Source: a virus
Taxonomy: Duplodnaviria; Caudoviricetes
Strand: one strand, 5' to 3'
DNA: 64,000 bases
Virus record (IMG/VR): IMGVR_UViG_3300028591_000004
Coordinates: 86,781-150,780 of that record
The notes below the pieces were generated by a model. That model was given only the letters and a program-made list of their open reading frames with translations, was not told the DNA's origin and searched no databases. The position numbers were made by a program, and so were the translations under genes. Shown one piece after another: positions 37,832 to 47,392 of the stretch (its first letter is position 1; the number at the start of each line of letters is the position of its first letter).

Positions 37832-38566
37832 TTAATATTGTCCTTTTCCATCCCCGATAATGTCGAGGAATTTAGCCATCATATAACCGGTTTTACCCTG
37901 ATATTTGATTGCAGCCCAAGTTTCACCGGGCTGGAGAATCTCTACAGTTGTTCCTAACGGTATCTTGGCGATTCTTACACTAGCAGTGGAAGGCTTCTTC
38001 CGGAAGTTAACTGTGCTGCCGGATTCAGCAACTACAACAGCGAGTTTATTAGAAGCCGGGATTGTCGGATCAATTGTAGTATCAATATCATTGGAAGCAT
38101 TGACAAGAAGTCTGAGTTTTCCGTGATATCCCCATTGACCTACTTTTGTATCGACAGTCATTTTGCTGGACATATGCGTAATCCTCAAAGGGTCTATGCA
38201 AGTAACAACTCCGGCATGATAATAATCCGTAGTGTCACCGTTATAATATTTTCCGCCATTGCGATATCTCAAAGGAAGTTTCCAACTTATGTTTCCTTTT
38301 GAACGACCTTTTAAAACAACGTCTCCAAGTTCAAGATCGGATTCGGAATTAACTCTTTCAAGTTTAACAAACTCTTTTCTTGCAGCCCAGTTTGACCCGT
38401 GAATGCCTGTCCATTTCAGTCCCATTCTTCGAACAGCTCCTATAACAAGTCCTATACAGTCACAATATCCGTCAGACCCATCTCCAGGTTCTCTTCTTTT
38501 GGGATTTGAATTTTTAATTTCCTGCACTTTTGCAAGAAAGATTTTAACGGTTTCTGCGTACGTCAT
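37832..38566 (-). CDS. Endolysin, NlpC/P60-like peptidase with SH3b
   Basis: DCIGL, YHAGVV, ITH catalytic pattern; VNFRKKPS..GYMMAKFL. Confidence 0.8.
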   Translation of the reverse strand: MTYAETVKIFLAKVQEIKNSNPKRREPGDGSDGYCDCIGLVIGAVRRMGLKWTGIHGSNWAARKEFVKLERVNSESDLELGDVVLKGRSKGNISWKLPLRYRNGGKYYNGDTTDYYHAGVVTCIDPLRITHMSSKMTVDTKVGQWGYHGKLRLLVNASNDIDTTIDPTIPASNKLAVVVAESGSTVNFRKKPSTASVRIAKIPLGTTVEILQPGETWAAIKYQGKTGYMMAKFLDIIGDGKGQY

Positions 38567-38889
38567 CCGTTACCACCTTCCTCTTCTTCAGACTCTTCTA
38601 TATCTTCTAAAGTCTCAAATTTAGTATCGGCATGTCTCCAGGAGAACTTTATCTTTGCCAGTTCCTGAGCCGCAAATAAAGCTTTTTCATACTTTGAATT
38701 ATCTGTATAAGCAAAAACGCTTACGACCATAACAACTGTCGCGATGAGAGAAAGATAAACAGTTGTCAGGGCTACTTCCGGGCGATAAGCGATAAGACCT
38801 AACAAAAGCAACATATAGCCAAACCAGAACCATTCAGCTCGGCTGGCAAGTTTTTTAGAGAATTGTTTACGCGGATCAATCCTTGTCAT
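38563..38889 (-). CDS. Two-TM membrane protein (lysis-associated)
   Basis: KQFSKK then two hydrophobic helices. Confidence 0.6.
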   Translation of the reverse strand: MTRIDPRKQFSKKLASRAEWFWFGYMLLLLGLIAYRPEVALTTVYLSLIATVVMVVSVFAYTDNSKYEKALFAAQELAKIKFSWRHADTKFETLEDIEESEEEEGGNG

Positions 38890-38902
38890 GGATATCACCG
38901 CC

Positions 38903-39490
38903 TTAATACGTGGCAAAACTATTGTCTGCCATGCTTTCGTCATAACGCTTGTTTATAAACTTGATTGCATGTTCGTATACGTTGTTTTCGATTTTGTATT
39001 TTTCAACAATAGCGTTATATTCTTTATCTTCTTCAAGGATATTGTCATAATCTTCTTTTGTGCGTTGATTTCCTTTGCGAAGATCGTCTGAAAAGTTTAA
39101 AACATGCGCCCGTACATGGGATGCGCTTTGAAGATCTATCTTCTTTTCTACAGCGTCTAAATGCTCTTTCATGTTCTGGCAATTGCTGTTATTAATTACT
39201 CGAATCTCTTCAAACGCTGCATTGTTGGAAGTTTCCAACTGCTCAATCCTTTGGTCCGTATCCTTTTTTAAAGCTTCAAACTTATTCGCATTGTCGGTCT
39301 TGAGTTCCTGAATATCTTTTCTTACATCCAATAGAAGAACATTTCCTAACTTAGCAAGCATCCAACTGAATAGGCGCACTTCTTTTTTGGGGATTTTAAA
39401 AAAGAATGATAATAAAAGTAAAATTAAAATAACCGTAAGGGGGACATTTTCTGCTAACCATTGTCCCGCTGGTTTAAAAAATTCGCCCAT
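38903..39490 (-). CDS. Membrane-anchored coiled-coil protein (holin-associated)
   Basis: N-terminal TM, coiled coil, VLNFSDDL..Y. Confidence 0.6.
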   Translation of the reverse strand: MGEFFKPAGQWLAENVPLTVILILLLLSFFFKIPKKEVRLFSWMLAKLGNVLLLDVRKDIQELKTDNANKFEALKKDTDQRIEQLETSNNAAFEEIRVINNSNCQNMKEHLDAVEKKIDLQSASHVRAHVLNFSDDLRKGNQRTKEDYDNILEEDKEYNAIVEKYKIENNVYEHAIKFINKRYDESMADNSFATY

Positions 39491-39586
39491 AATGAGCTCA
39501 ACCTTTCTCTTGTGTATTAGCTGTGTTCATCATAAGCGTTAATCATTTGAACAGCTTAAATATATAAATAATCTAAGAATAGAACA

Positions 39587-39943
39587 TTATTTGGTTTCTG
39601 TACCTCCTTGGTTTTGCGTGGAATTAAGTACTTCTGTTACGCAGTCTTTAAATGCCGCTGCTGCATCTTGTAGGTAAGTAATTTCCTCTCCGAAGTGCTC
39701 TAAGAGTGGATCATTTGTTAATGCTTTGTATAGCATTTCAAAAATTAAAAACAACAGCTCGTTTAGATTTACTTTTATTGTTGTCATTTGCTCATCTGTA
39801 GTTTCAGTGTTAAAATCCATCATTCTGGTCGCTGCTAAAAAACTCAACTCCAAAGGAAAGACAGGCCCTTGCCAGCCACCGTTTAATCTATCGTTTGTAA
39901 TTTCGTCAAGATGATTCAAGTCGGATATTTTCTTTTGTCCCAT
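39587..39943 (-). CDS. Hypothetical protein
   Basis: KKISDL N-terminus; RBS GAGGT. Confidence 0.55.
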   Translation of the reverse strand: MGQKKISDLNHLDEITNDRLNGGWQGPVFPLELSFLAATRMMDFNTETTDEQMTTIKVNLNELLFLIFEMLYKALTNDPLLEHFGEEITYLQDAAAAFKDCVTEVLNSTQNQGGTETK

Positions 39944-39953
39944 ATTGAATACC

Positions 39954-40934
39954 TCATTTCATTTTCTCGATATGTTTTAACCAATCTTCGATTGTTACAG
40001 CCTCCATGCGCATACCTTCTTGTACAAAGCGAGTACGAATACTGTTGGAAATAGCCATCTTGTCGTTAATCGGCATATTTTCCCAAAGAGATTTGAATTC
40101 TTTAAAATATGTTTTAAATCGCAATTCTGTTTTATGACGATATTCCTGGTTCTCCTGATTTCGCCACTCTTCTTTGTTCATTGTGTAATATGCATCAAAA
40201 ATCATAGACGTAACGTAAAGCATGGCTTTATCATGAACGCCTCTCCGCAAAAACTCTTTTATCAAAGCAGTATTACTGTCTAACATATTGTTGTATGTCT
40301 TTAAAATATATTTAGGGTCGTGTCGACAAACACTGTTGTCTCTCCACTTCCAAAGATAGAAGGGAGTAGGACAAAACTTTGCATTGTCTGTAAGATTCTG
40401 ACAAAGAATATTAAAATAAGAATCTTCGTGGATTGTTAAATCATCGTTCCAGCGGATTTTCTTTTCTAATAAATAATGCCGTCTATGAATTTTCCCATGA
40501 ACGAAAGTACTGTCCATTTCACGATTTAAATAAAACACTTCTTTGGTTTCAGGCATACGATTCTCTTCGATAAACACAGAAACCATTGTATCAAAACCAC
40601 CGGGAGCGTTCATTTCCCTGAACATCATCCACAATCCACACACATTGCAGAACATATCATCCGCATCACAGAACATAACATAGTCTGCTTTAGAGTGATC
40701 CAAGCAAGCATTTCGAGTTGCAGATACTCCTTTATGCGGTTCTTTGTAATAAGAGACTTTAAACGGATAAGAATTTAAAAAATCTTCTGTTAAATAGATA
40801 TCGGAGCCATCGTTGCATATGATGACTCCGATATCGTTAAAATCGACATTTTGTTGAATCGCAATAGAATCCAACAAAGGTTTTACAACTTTATCTGTTT
40901 CGTTGTATTGGGGAACTAATATATCAAGCTTCAT
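39954..40934 (-). CDS. Glycosyltransferase family 2
   Basis: ILVPQYN, NDGS, GVSATRN, FCDADD, HED. Confidence 0.9.
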   Translation of the reverse strand: MKLDILVPQYNETDKVVKPLLDSIAIQQNVDFNDIGVIICNDGSDIYLTEDFLNSYPFKVSYYKEPHKGVSATRNACLDHSKADYVMFCDADDMFCNVCGLWMMFREMNAPGGFDTMVSVFIEENRMPETKEVFYLNREMDSTFVHGKIHRRHYLLEKKIRWNDDLTIHEDSYFNILCQNLTDNAKFCPTPFYLWKWRDNSVCRHDPKYILKTYNNMLDSNTALIKEFLRRGVHDKAMLYVTSMIFDAYYTMNKEEWRNQENQEYRHKTELRFKTYFKEFKSLWENMPINDKMAISNSIRTRFVQEGMRMEAVTIEDWLKHIEKMK

Positions 40935-40946
40935 TATCTTTACCTC

Positions 40947-42683
40947 TTATTCTGTATACATTGAAAATCTTTCTGCTAAACTACTGTATGTAATTACATA
41001 AGAATAATACAAACTTGAAGGGACTATAATACTACCATAATAACCTAAATAACTACTATTTGTTATAGGTGTGTTCTCGAATGCGTTAGTTATACTTGCT
41101 ATTGTATTTATTAACAATACAACTGATTTAAGAGTAGTGCATCCATAGAACGCTGAAAGGTTTATATAACGACAATTAGGCAGCGTTATCTCTGACAATT
41201 CTATACACTTGCTAAAAGCATACATACCGATAGTATAACATTGATCTAACACAATGCTTGAAAGCTTTTCGCAATTAATAAAACAATTTGCCTCAATTGA
41301 TGTGCACATTGGAAGATGAATCTCTTTCATTTCAATACATGATCTGAAAGCACTACTAAATACGTGTTCACACTTTGGAAAATTAATTACACTAGATGCG
41401 CCTAGCTGGATACACTCATCAAATGCGCCAAACCCTATTGTTTTACATTCTGGGGCATCAACAAAGGATAAAGAGAGACAACCTCTAAATGCATCGTCTC
41501 GAATAATGCTGCATTTAGGTATATTCATATAAGGAAGAGTGACGCATTTTTCAAAAGCGCCAGGACCTATATTTAAACAATTTTCTATATAAGCCAGTCG
41601 TAAAGCGGAGCAGCTAAAAAAAGTACTAGAACGGATCTCCCAACAGTTTCGTAAGAAAATACTTTTAAGTGCTCTACAATACATAAATGCGCCACTCCCA
41701 ACATAACGACACGTGTCCGTACCTCCAATCGAATCAAGAGACCTACAGTTATAAAATGCCTTTTCTCCAATAAAGTCTAAATCATCGAACACTGCGTGGT
41801 ATAAGTTCGTACAATTATTAAAAGCCCAACTGCCGATGCTAGTACAGTTATAAAAACTGATTCTTTGCAGAGCAGAAGCAAATGAAAATGCGGCTGGTCC
41901 AATTTCAGGACAATTGCTGTTGGTTGCTTCTTTTAATCCGCAACCAGCAAACGCATTAACTCCAATAGAAAATACCATACTCATATTCAGCGAACTAAGA
42001 CGGGAACATTGATAAAATGCATTGTCTCCAATTGTGTGTAATTTGAAGTTCACGGAACTAAGCCAACTACATAAAGCAAAAGCAGAGTTTCTTACGCTGT
42101 AACAGTTCGGAGCGAAAACAGTTTCCAGGTTTCGACAATAGTAGAATGCATTTTCTTGTATTACCTGCGCATTTCGAAAAGAAGCTTGACTTAAAGCGTA
42201 ACAGGCGTAAAACGTGCTATTCCTTACGTATGTAATATCTGAAGCGACAATAGAACTAAGTCGACTGCAATGTGCAAAGGCCATTTCATTCAATGTAGTA
42301 CAAACAGGGATATTAACAGTTTGTAAATTTGAACAATAATCAAACGCATTAGACCCAATAATTTTACAGACAGGAAATGATACATATGATAATTGTTGGC
42401 ATGAAGCAAAAGCACCTTGTTCAATCATTGTGCAATTTGCGCTAGCAGAGCTTAAATAAGAAAACCCAGCGTACTTGTACGGTCTTATAACTGTTTCTGA
42501 AAAAGACATTGTACTAATCGTCTTTTCGGCAAGACTCTTATATATAGGATCTACACCAGTTGATATTCCATTTATTGCAGTTACGAATCCCTGAGGATAA
42601 CTTATCCGTCCGGTGGTTGATGTTTTTAATCTAATAGCGTTAGCAATAGAAGTAAGTTCGTCATGTGTTGTTATATAAGCCAA
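40947..42683 (-). CDS. BspA-type leucine-rich-repeat protein
   Basis: About 20 CxxIGxxAFxxCxxL repeats. Confidence 0.88.
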   Translation of the reverse strand: MAYITTHDELTSIANAIRLKTSTTGRISYPQGFVTAINGISTGVDPIYKSLAEKTISTMSFSETVIRPYKYAGFSYLSSASANCTMIEQGAFASCQQLSYVSFPVCKIIGSNAFDYCSNLQTVNIPVCTTLNEMAFAHCSRLSSIVASDITYVRNSTFYACYALSQASFRNAQVIQENAFYYCRNLETVFAPNCYSVRNSAFALCSWLSSVNFKLHTIGDNAFYQCSRLSSLNMSMVFSIGVNAFAGCGLKEATNSNCPEIGPAAFSFASALQRISFYNCTSIGSWAFNNCTNLYHAVFDDLDFIGEKAFYNCRSLDSIGGTDTCRYVGSGAFMYCRALKSIFLRNCWEIRSSTFFSCSALRLAYIENCLNIGPGAFEKCVTLPYMNIPKCSIIRDDAFRGCLSLSFVDAPECKTIGFGAFDECIQLGASSVINFPKCEHVFSSAFRSCIEMKEIHLPMCTSIEANCFINCEKLSSIVLDQCYTIGMYAFSKCIELSEITLPNCRYINLSAFYGCTTLKSVVLLINTIASITNAFENTPITNSSYLGYYGSIIVPSSLYYSYVITYSSLAERFSMYTE

Positions 42684-42710
42684 CTACAACTCACTCCTTT
42701 CATAATATTT

Positions 42711-42920
42711 TTAAAAGTAATTTCCTGACGCTAAAGACAAATTATTTAATTGAGAATTGATTTGATTGATTGAATCTTCAATGGAGACAATATCATTTTC
42801 AACGTTTGTCATGCGTGTTTTTATATTTTTGATATCTTGCCGTGATTGAGCATCTTTAAAATTTTTAACACCCTGTTTGGTGTATACCTGAGATACTTCA
42901 CTCAACTTGATCACCTTCAT
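42711..42920 (-). CDS. Small coiled-coil protein
   Basis: FKDAQSR then heptad repeat. Confidence 0.55.
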   Translation of the reverse strand: MKVIKLSEVSQVYTKQGVKNFKDAQSRQDIKNIKTRMTNVENDIVSIEDSINQINSQLNNLSLASGNYF

Positions 42921-43919
42921 TTAATACAGATTGAGAATAGACTGCATCCATGTTTCTATCGGTTTTGTTTCTATAAGCTTACCTTTGGCTTCAGCAAGCT
43001 TTCTTGTTATTTCTTTTATCTGCTCTATTTGCTTTTCGTCTGTCATATAAAGCAAAAGAAGTTTATGATCTCGATAGAATTTAACCAGCCTCCGATAGAC
43101 GTTCTCTTTATATTCAATACATTCTTGTCCGCTCCATCTGCCTGTTATACAAGTAAAATAGGTCAAATACAAACAATACATTGCGTAATAACGGGCATAA
43201 GAACCAAATCCCCGAAGAGAAAGATCGTTAACGAAAGCGTCGAAAGAGCCTATCATATACGGCCATGCTTTAATCGTATGAATTTGTTTATCTATTCTTG
43301 TTTTTGAATTAGGATTGTCTCTCCAAATATACAATGGAGTTTTGATTATTTTTGTATCTTTAGAAAGGATTCTGCACAAAGCGTTGAATGCACTATCCTG
43401 GTTATATTTTAATTCCGGATGCCATTCAATACAATTATCTACTAAAAACTGTCTGCGATAGACTTTACCATGGACAAAAACAGAATCATTTGTATATTCA
43501 CTGTAGATAGTCTGTCCGTCTTTGGTTTGAACTTCTGCTAAGAAATCGCATACAATAAAATCACAGCCGCTTTGTGCAGTTTGAAGAATCATACTAATAG
43601 CAACGTTCGAATTAAACATATCATCTGCATCGCAGAACATAATATAATCTGCGGTTGCAAGATTTTGCAATTTTTGTCTGCAACCAGGCAAATCCGAATG
43701 TTCTAAAGAATAATACCGAATAGGGTATGAATATTTTTTTAGAAACTCTTCAGATAACTTTACATCAGAACCATCGTTGCCGATAAACACTTCAATATCT
43801 TTTGACAAATCGATGTTTTTTTGGTTCTCAATACTATCTAATAAAGGTTTTACAATATCTTCTGTTTCATTGTATTGAGTTATAAGAATCTGTAATTTAG
43901 ACACATTATGCCTCCTCAA
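42921..43919 (-). CDS. Glycosyltransferase family 2, paralog of 39954-40934
   Basis: QYNET..VKPLLDSI, NDGS, FCDADDMF, FVHGK. Confidence 0.88.
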   Translation of the reverse strand: MRRHNVSKLQILITQYNETEDIVKPLLDSIENQKNIDLSKDIEVFIGNDGSDVKLSEEFLKKYSYPIRYYSLEHSDLPGCRQKLQNLATADYIMFCDADDMFNSNVAISMILQTAQSGCDFIVCDFLAEVQTKDGQTIYSEYTNDSVFVHGKVYRRQFLVDNCIEWHPELKYNQDSAFNALCRILSKDTKIIKTPLYIWRDNPNSKTRIDKQIHTIKAWPYMIGSFDAFVNDLSLRGFGSYARYYAMYCLYLTYFTCITGRWSGQECIEYKENVYRRLVKFYRDHKLLLLYMTDEKQIEQIKEITRKLAEAKGKLIETKPIETWMQSILNLY

Positions 43920-44859
43920 ACTTTACTGGAACTGATTCTCCGTCTGCTGTTGTTAACACACCAGAAGAAGGGTCGTAAATAACAACCTTGTCTAAAGGAA
44001 TAGTCCAGCTTTTACTCTCACTGCCTGTTTCTAAAAAACCATCATTTTCTGTCAAGATGGCAATTGGCTCAGGAGTACTTCCATCAAGAACCATAAAACC
44101 ACCGGTAGAGGAATCGTAAACAATGGTTCCATCCGGTGTACCGACGGAAACGCTGTCCCCGTTTAGTGTTGTAATCTCACCGTTAGAAAATGTAACAACT
44201 TCGCCCGGTAAAACGGGAACGCTGTCCCCGTTTAGTGTTGTAATCTCACCGTTAGAATATCTAACAATTTCGCCCGGTAAAACGCTGTCCCCGTTTAGTG
44301 TTGTAATCTCACCATTAAAATATGTAACAATTTCGCCCGGTAAATTAGATACTGGTATCTTATGATCATCGTCTAAATATACAACGTTTATGCTGTCATC
44401 AATGTTCGTTAACATACCACCTACCAACCGTACTTGTTGTGATGGACAAGGCAGTGTATTTATCCATTCTCCGGCGCTATTATAAACGGCTATTGCACCG
44501 GATGAATCAGGAACAATAAACGGAATGACTGCGGCTACATCTCTGCTTTCATCTATCACCGGGATAGAGTAGGTAAGCGGATCGAAAGCCTGTGGAATAT
44601 CAGCAACAGGATCATGAGAATAAGAGCCATCATTATTCAAGCTTGTCTTATGAATGGTTGACGATCCGTTGTCTTCTTGCACCGTTGCAAATTGTTTTGC
44701 TGCGGCAATTGCATCGGCGAGTGCTCCTACACTAAGCCGGCCTGACATTTGAGACGCACTTGCTTCTTGCGCAACATTGACTAAGATATAGCTATTTGCA
44801 ACTTCTTCAGAAGTCAAATACTGCTTATCTTCTAATTCACTGATTTTCATATATTTCAC
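43906..44859 (-). CDS. Structural-module protein with tandem repeats
   Basis: MKISEL N-terminus; 3x LPGExVxxxNGEITTLNGDSV. Confidence 0.6.
   Translation of the reverse strand: MKYMKISELEDKQYLTSEEVANSYILVNVAQEASASQMSGRLSVGALADAIAAAKQFATVQEDNGSSTIHKTSLNNDGSYSHDPVADIPQAFDPLTYSIPVIDESRDVAAVIPFIVPDSSGAIAVYNSAGEWINTLPCPSQQVRLVGGMLTNIDDSINVVYLDDDHKIPVSNLPGEIVTYFNGEITTLNGDSVLPGEIVRYSNGEITTLNGDSVPVLPGEVVTFSNGEITTLNGDSVSVGTPDGTIVYDSSTGGFMVLDGSTPEPIAILTENDGFLETGSESKSWTIPLDKVVIYDPSSGVLTTADGESVPVKFEEA
44149..44343 (-). repeat. Three near-identical in-frame tandem units of about 63-69 bp
   Basis: AACGCTGTCCCCGTTTAGTGTTGTAATCTCACC present three times on the + strand. Confidence 0.85.
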
Positions 44860-44881
44860 TTCCTATTATTTCGATTCATTG

Positions 44882-46126
44882 TTATGTGTCGTCTGCTAAA
44901 TTTAATTCTATAGGCGTGCCGTCTTCAGCCTCAAGCGGTTGTCCGTTTTCTAATACGGCACGGCTAGGCTCTGTAGAAGATCCGCTATTAGAAGAATCTT
45001 CAAGTAACAAATAATCTCCATCTTCGGTTATAAGATAGTCTCCATCCTCTGTTAAAACCGTTCCGTCTATCTTATTATTCGCACCGTCTATTTCTATAGG
45101 CTTACCATCCTCTGTCTCCAATGGTTCTCCATTCTCAGTTTGTATAACTCCATCGGAATTAGTTCCGGAACCAGCGTCTATTTCAATTGGCTGACCATCT
45201 TCCGTTTCCAGAGGTTCTCCATTTTCTGTTTCTATTATTCCTCCAGAAGTAGGATTATCTGGATCTTCTGGATCTTCTGGCGGCACATACGGCGGGATTT
45301 CAGGATCTGTCGGGCTGAAGTCACCGAAGACTAATACTTCTCCGAAAACGTCAGGAGTGACATTGAACTTTATTTCAGGTAAATCTTCAATCGTTACAGG
45401 CTCAGCCAAAACAATATGTCCTTCTGCATTTGTCGCAATTTTATACAAGCCCATTGCGAACTCTGCACCTTTGTTGGTTACAGCGTGTTGATAAGCAGCG
45501 TCACCATAATCACCACGGTAAGCTGATTCAGCCGTGGTACCTAATGCAACGGAGTTAGATATCTGAACATATTGGCTTCCGCTCCAACGGTACATTCTTT
45601 GATCGGAGAGGCTGAAATAAATTTTGCCTCCTTCGCCGGTTTCAGGAAATACAGATGAGTCGTCATACTCGACTACGTCGTCCACATAAGAAGGCAACTG
45701 ACTTGACGGAACTTTACCCGAGGCGTCTAACTCCGCAACTCCAAGAGAAGCACCTTTATCTTGCCTCGTTAAAACATCAGAAAAGGGCATTTGAGTAACT
45801 GGTACTTTTCCGTTTACGTCTAGCGTAGCAACACCGGATGCAACTCCCTTTTCTGTATTAGAAATATAATCTAATGACGGCAATTGGCTTAAAGGCAATT
45901 TGCCTTTGCTGTCTAATGTCGCAAGACCTTCAGCCGCTCCGATTATATTTGAATTGACTTTTTCTTCTAAGACATCTTCAATTCCATCTATTGATGCCTC
46001 AAACGCATTCCAGTCAACAAATTTTTCCTTTATCTTAGTCCATATGCGTCCTACGCCTATAGCATCTAAATATTTTTTTATACCGATATCATTTGAGTTT
46101 GGCATCAAGCTTCCTCCTTTCTTCAC
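44882..46126 (-). CDS. Fibre-like structural protein
   Basis: 3x GxAxLDxxGKxPxxQ; QLPSYVDD..FPETGExGKIY; acidic TEDG repeats. Confidence 0.65.
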   Translation of the reverse strand: MKKGGSLMPNSNDIGIKKYLDAIGVGRIWTKIKEKFVDWNAFEASIDGIEDVLEEKVNSNIIGAAEGLATLDSKGKLPLSQLPSLDYISNTEKGVASGVATLDVNGKVPVTQMPFSDVLTRQDKGASLGVAELDASGKVPSSQLPSYVDDVVEYDDSSVFPETGEGGKIYFSLSDQRMYRWSGSQYVQISNSVALGTTAESAYRGDYGDAAYQHAVTNKGAEFAMGLYKIATNAEGHIVLAEPVTIEDLPEIKFNVTPDVFGEVLVFGDFSPTDPEIPPYVPPEDPEDPDNPTSGGIIETENGEPLETEDGQPIEIDAGSGTNSDGVIQTENGEPLETEDGKPIEIDGANNKIDGTVLTEDGDYLITEDGDYLLLEDSSNSGSSTEPSRAVLENGQPLEAEDGTPIELNLADDT

Positions 46127-46145
46127 ATTTATTCAACATGAAGAA

Positions 46146-47081
46146 TTAAGAGCCTGAGCTACTTTGTTCTACAGCTGCAATAACGTTATCTATGTCTTGA
46201 TCTGAAAGTGTCTGAATCGAAGTATATACATCAGATGCATATTGTTTTACACCGTATATGGTCATAGTATTTGCGGTATCTCCATCTTCACCCACAATAG
46301 CCGCGGCTGCACCAGCCGTATCAAAGCTCGAAGCATTGGCATATGCTGCGGTTCCCAAACCATGAACAGGTACGTCTACACTGTCGACAGAAATGGTTCC
46401 GTTAGCAGATCCTTCCATGACAGATTTTACAGAGTTTCCTCCGTTATTAATAAGATCTCTGGTTACGGAATCAAACTTGGATAATGGAATAGATCCGTCT
46501 GGGATTGAAGCAGTAATCTGATGGGTTGTAGGATCGACAGTAATAAAAACAATATCTCCATTTTGAGAACCGGAAGTAACATATTCAACTAAACTTCCAA
46601 CAGGAATATAAATATCACTGCTGTCAGCATTTGCAAGAACTAAGTGAAGATAGGTTCCAGGAGGTCCCCATTCCCCGGATTCGGCTTGTGTTTCTACCGT
46701 GCCGCTTTGAACGACCATATCTTTAGGCACATTAATAACACCAGCATCTGTGCCTATACGATCGTTTGCACCGTTAAATCTTTTTAACCGGTAAACAGCC
46801 GCATACTGATTGTCTAAAAAGTCCTGAACGATTTCATACCTTTCAGAAGCAGTAGACTCTACATATAAACCTGTGTCTCCAACAGTTTTTAACGAAAGCA
46901 TATTGCCCGGGGCTTCACTGATCTTGACGCTGATTTGATTGTTGTTGGCAACCTGAATAGAAGTATTTCCGGCTGTGACATTGTCAAGCTTACTGTCGTA
47001 TCGAGCTTTGATTTTTTCCCACAGATATCCAGCACCGACACCGTCGAGAAATTTCTTGTTAATAACTTGTTCAATAGACAT
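46146..47081 (-). CDS. Fibre-like structural protein
   Basis: KFLDGVGAGYLWEKIK N-terminus; INVPKDMVV; VHGLGTAAY. Confidence 0.6.
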   Translation of the reverse strand: MSIEQVINKKFLDGVGAGYLWEKIKARYDSKLDNVTAGNTSIQVANNNQISVKISEAPGNMLSLKTVGDTGLYVESTASERYEIVQDFLDNQYAAVYRLKRFNGANDRIGTDAGVINVPKDMVVQSGTVETQAESGEWGPPGTYLHLVLANADSSDIYIPVGSLVEYVTSGSQNGDIVFITVDPTTHQITASIPDGSIPLSKFDSVTRDLINNGGNSVKSVMEGSANGTISVDSVDVPVHGLGTAAYANASSFDTAGAAAAIVGEDGDTANTMTIYGVKQYASDVYTSIQTLSDQDIDNVIAAVEQSSSGS

Positions 47082-47096
47082 TTACAGCAACTCCCT

Positions 47097-47375
47097 TCAT
47101 CCCGGCTGAGAAGGAGTATCTTCTTCCGAAGCTTCATCCGGAGAAAAAGAATAACTCGTTCTGCCGCGAAGGTCATAATTAATATATAAATTAGAATGAT
47201 ATTTGTTGTAACATTCAGGGCACATATCGAGAGACATTTTTACGGGGAAGGCAGTTTCGTTATCTTCTCCAATTTTCATGACAACAACGTCTTTGTAAGA
47301 AGATGCTCCGTCAACTTTTTTCCCCGCGTGCTCAGAAAGAATGTCACAATAGCAATATTTTTTGGTTTCGATCAT
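47097..47375 (-). CDS. Hypothetical Cys-containing protein
   Basis: YCYCD..DMCPEC; RBS AAGGAG. Confidence 0.55.
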   Translation of the reverse strand: MIETKKYCYCDILSEHAGKKVDGASSYKDVVVMKIGEDNETAFPVKMSLDMCPECYNKYHSNLYINYDLRGRTSYSFSPDEASEEDTPSQPG

Positions 47376-47392
47376 AATGGTTCACTCCTTTA

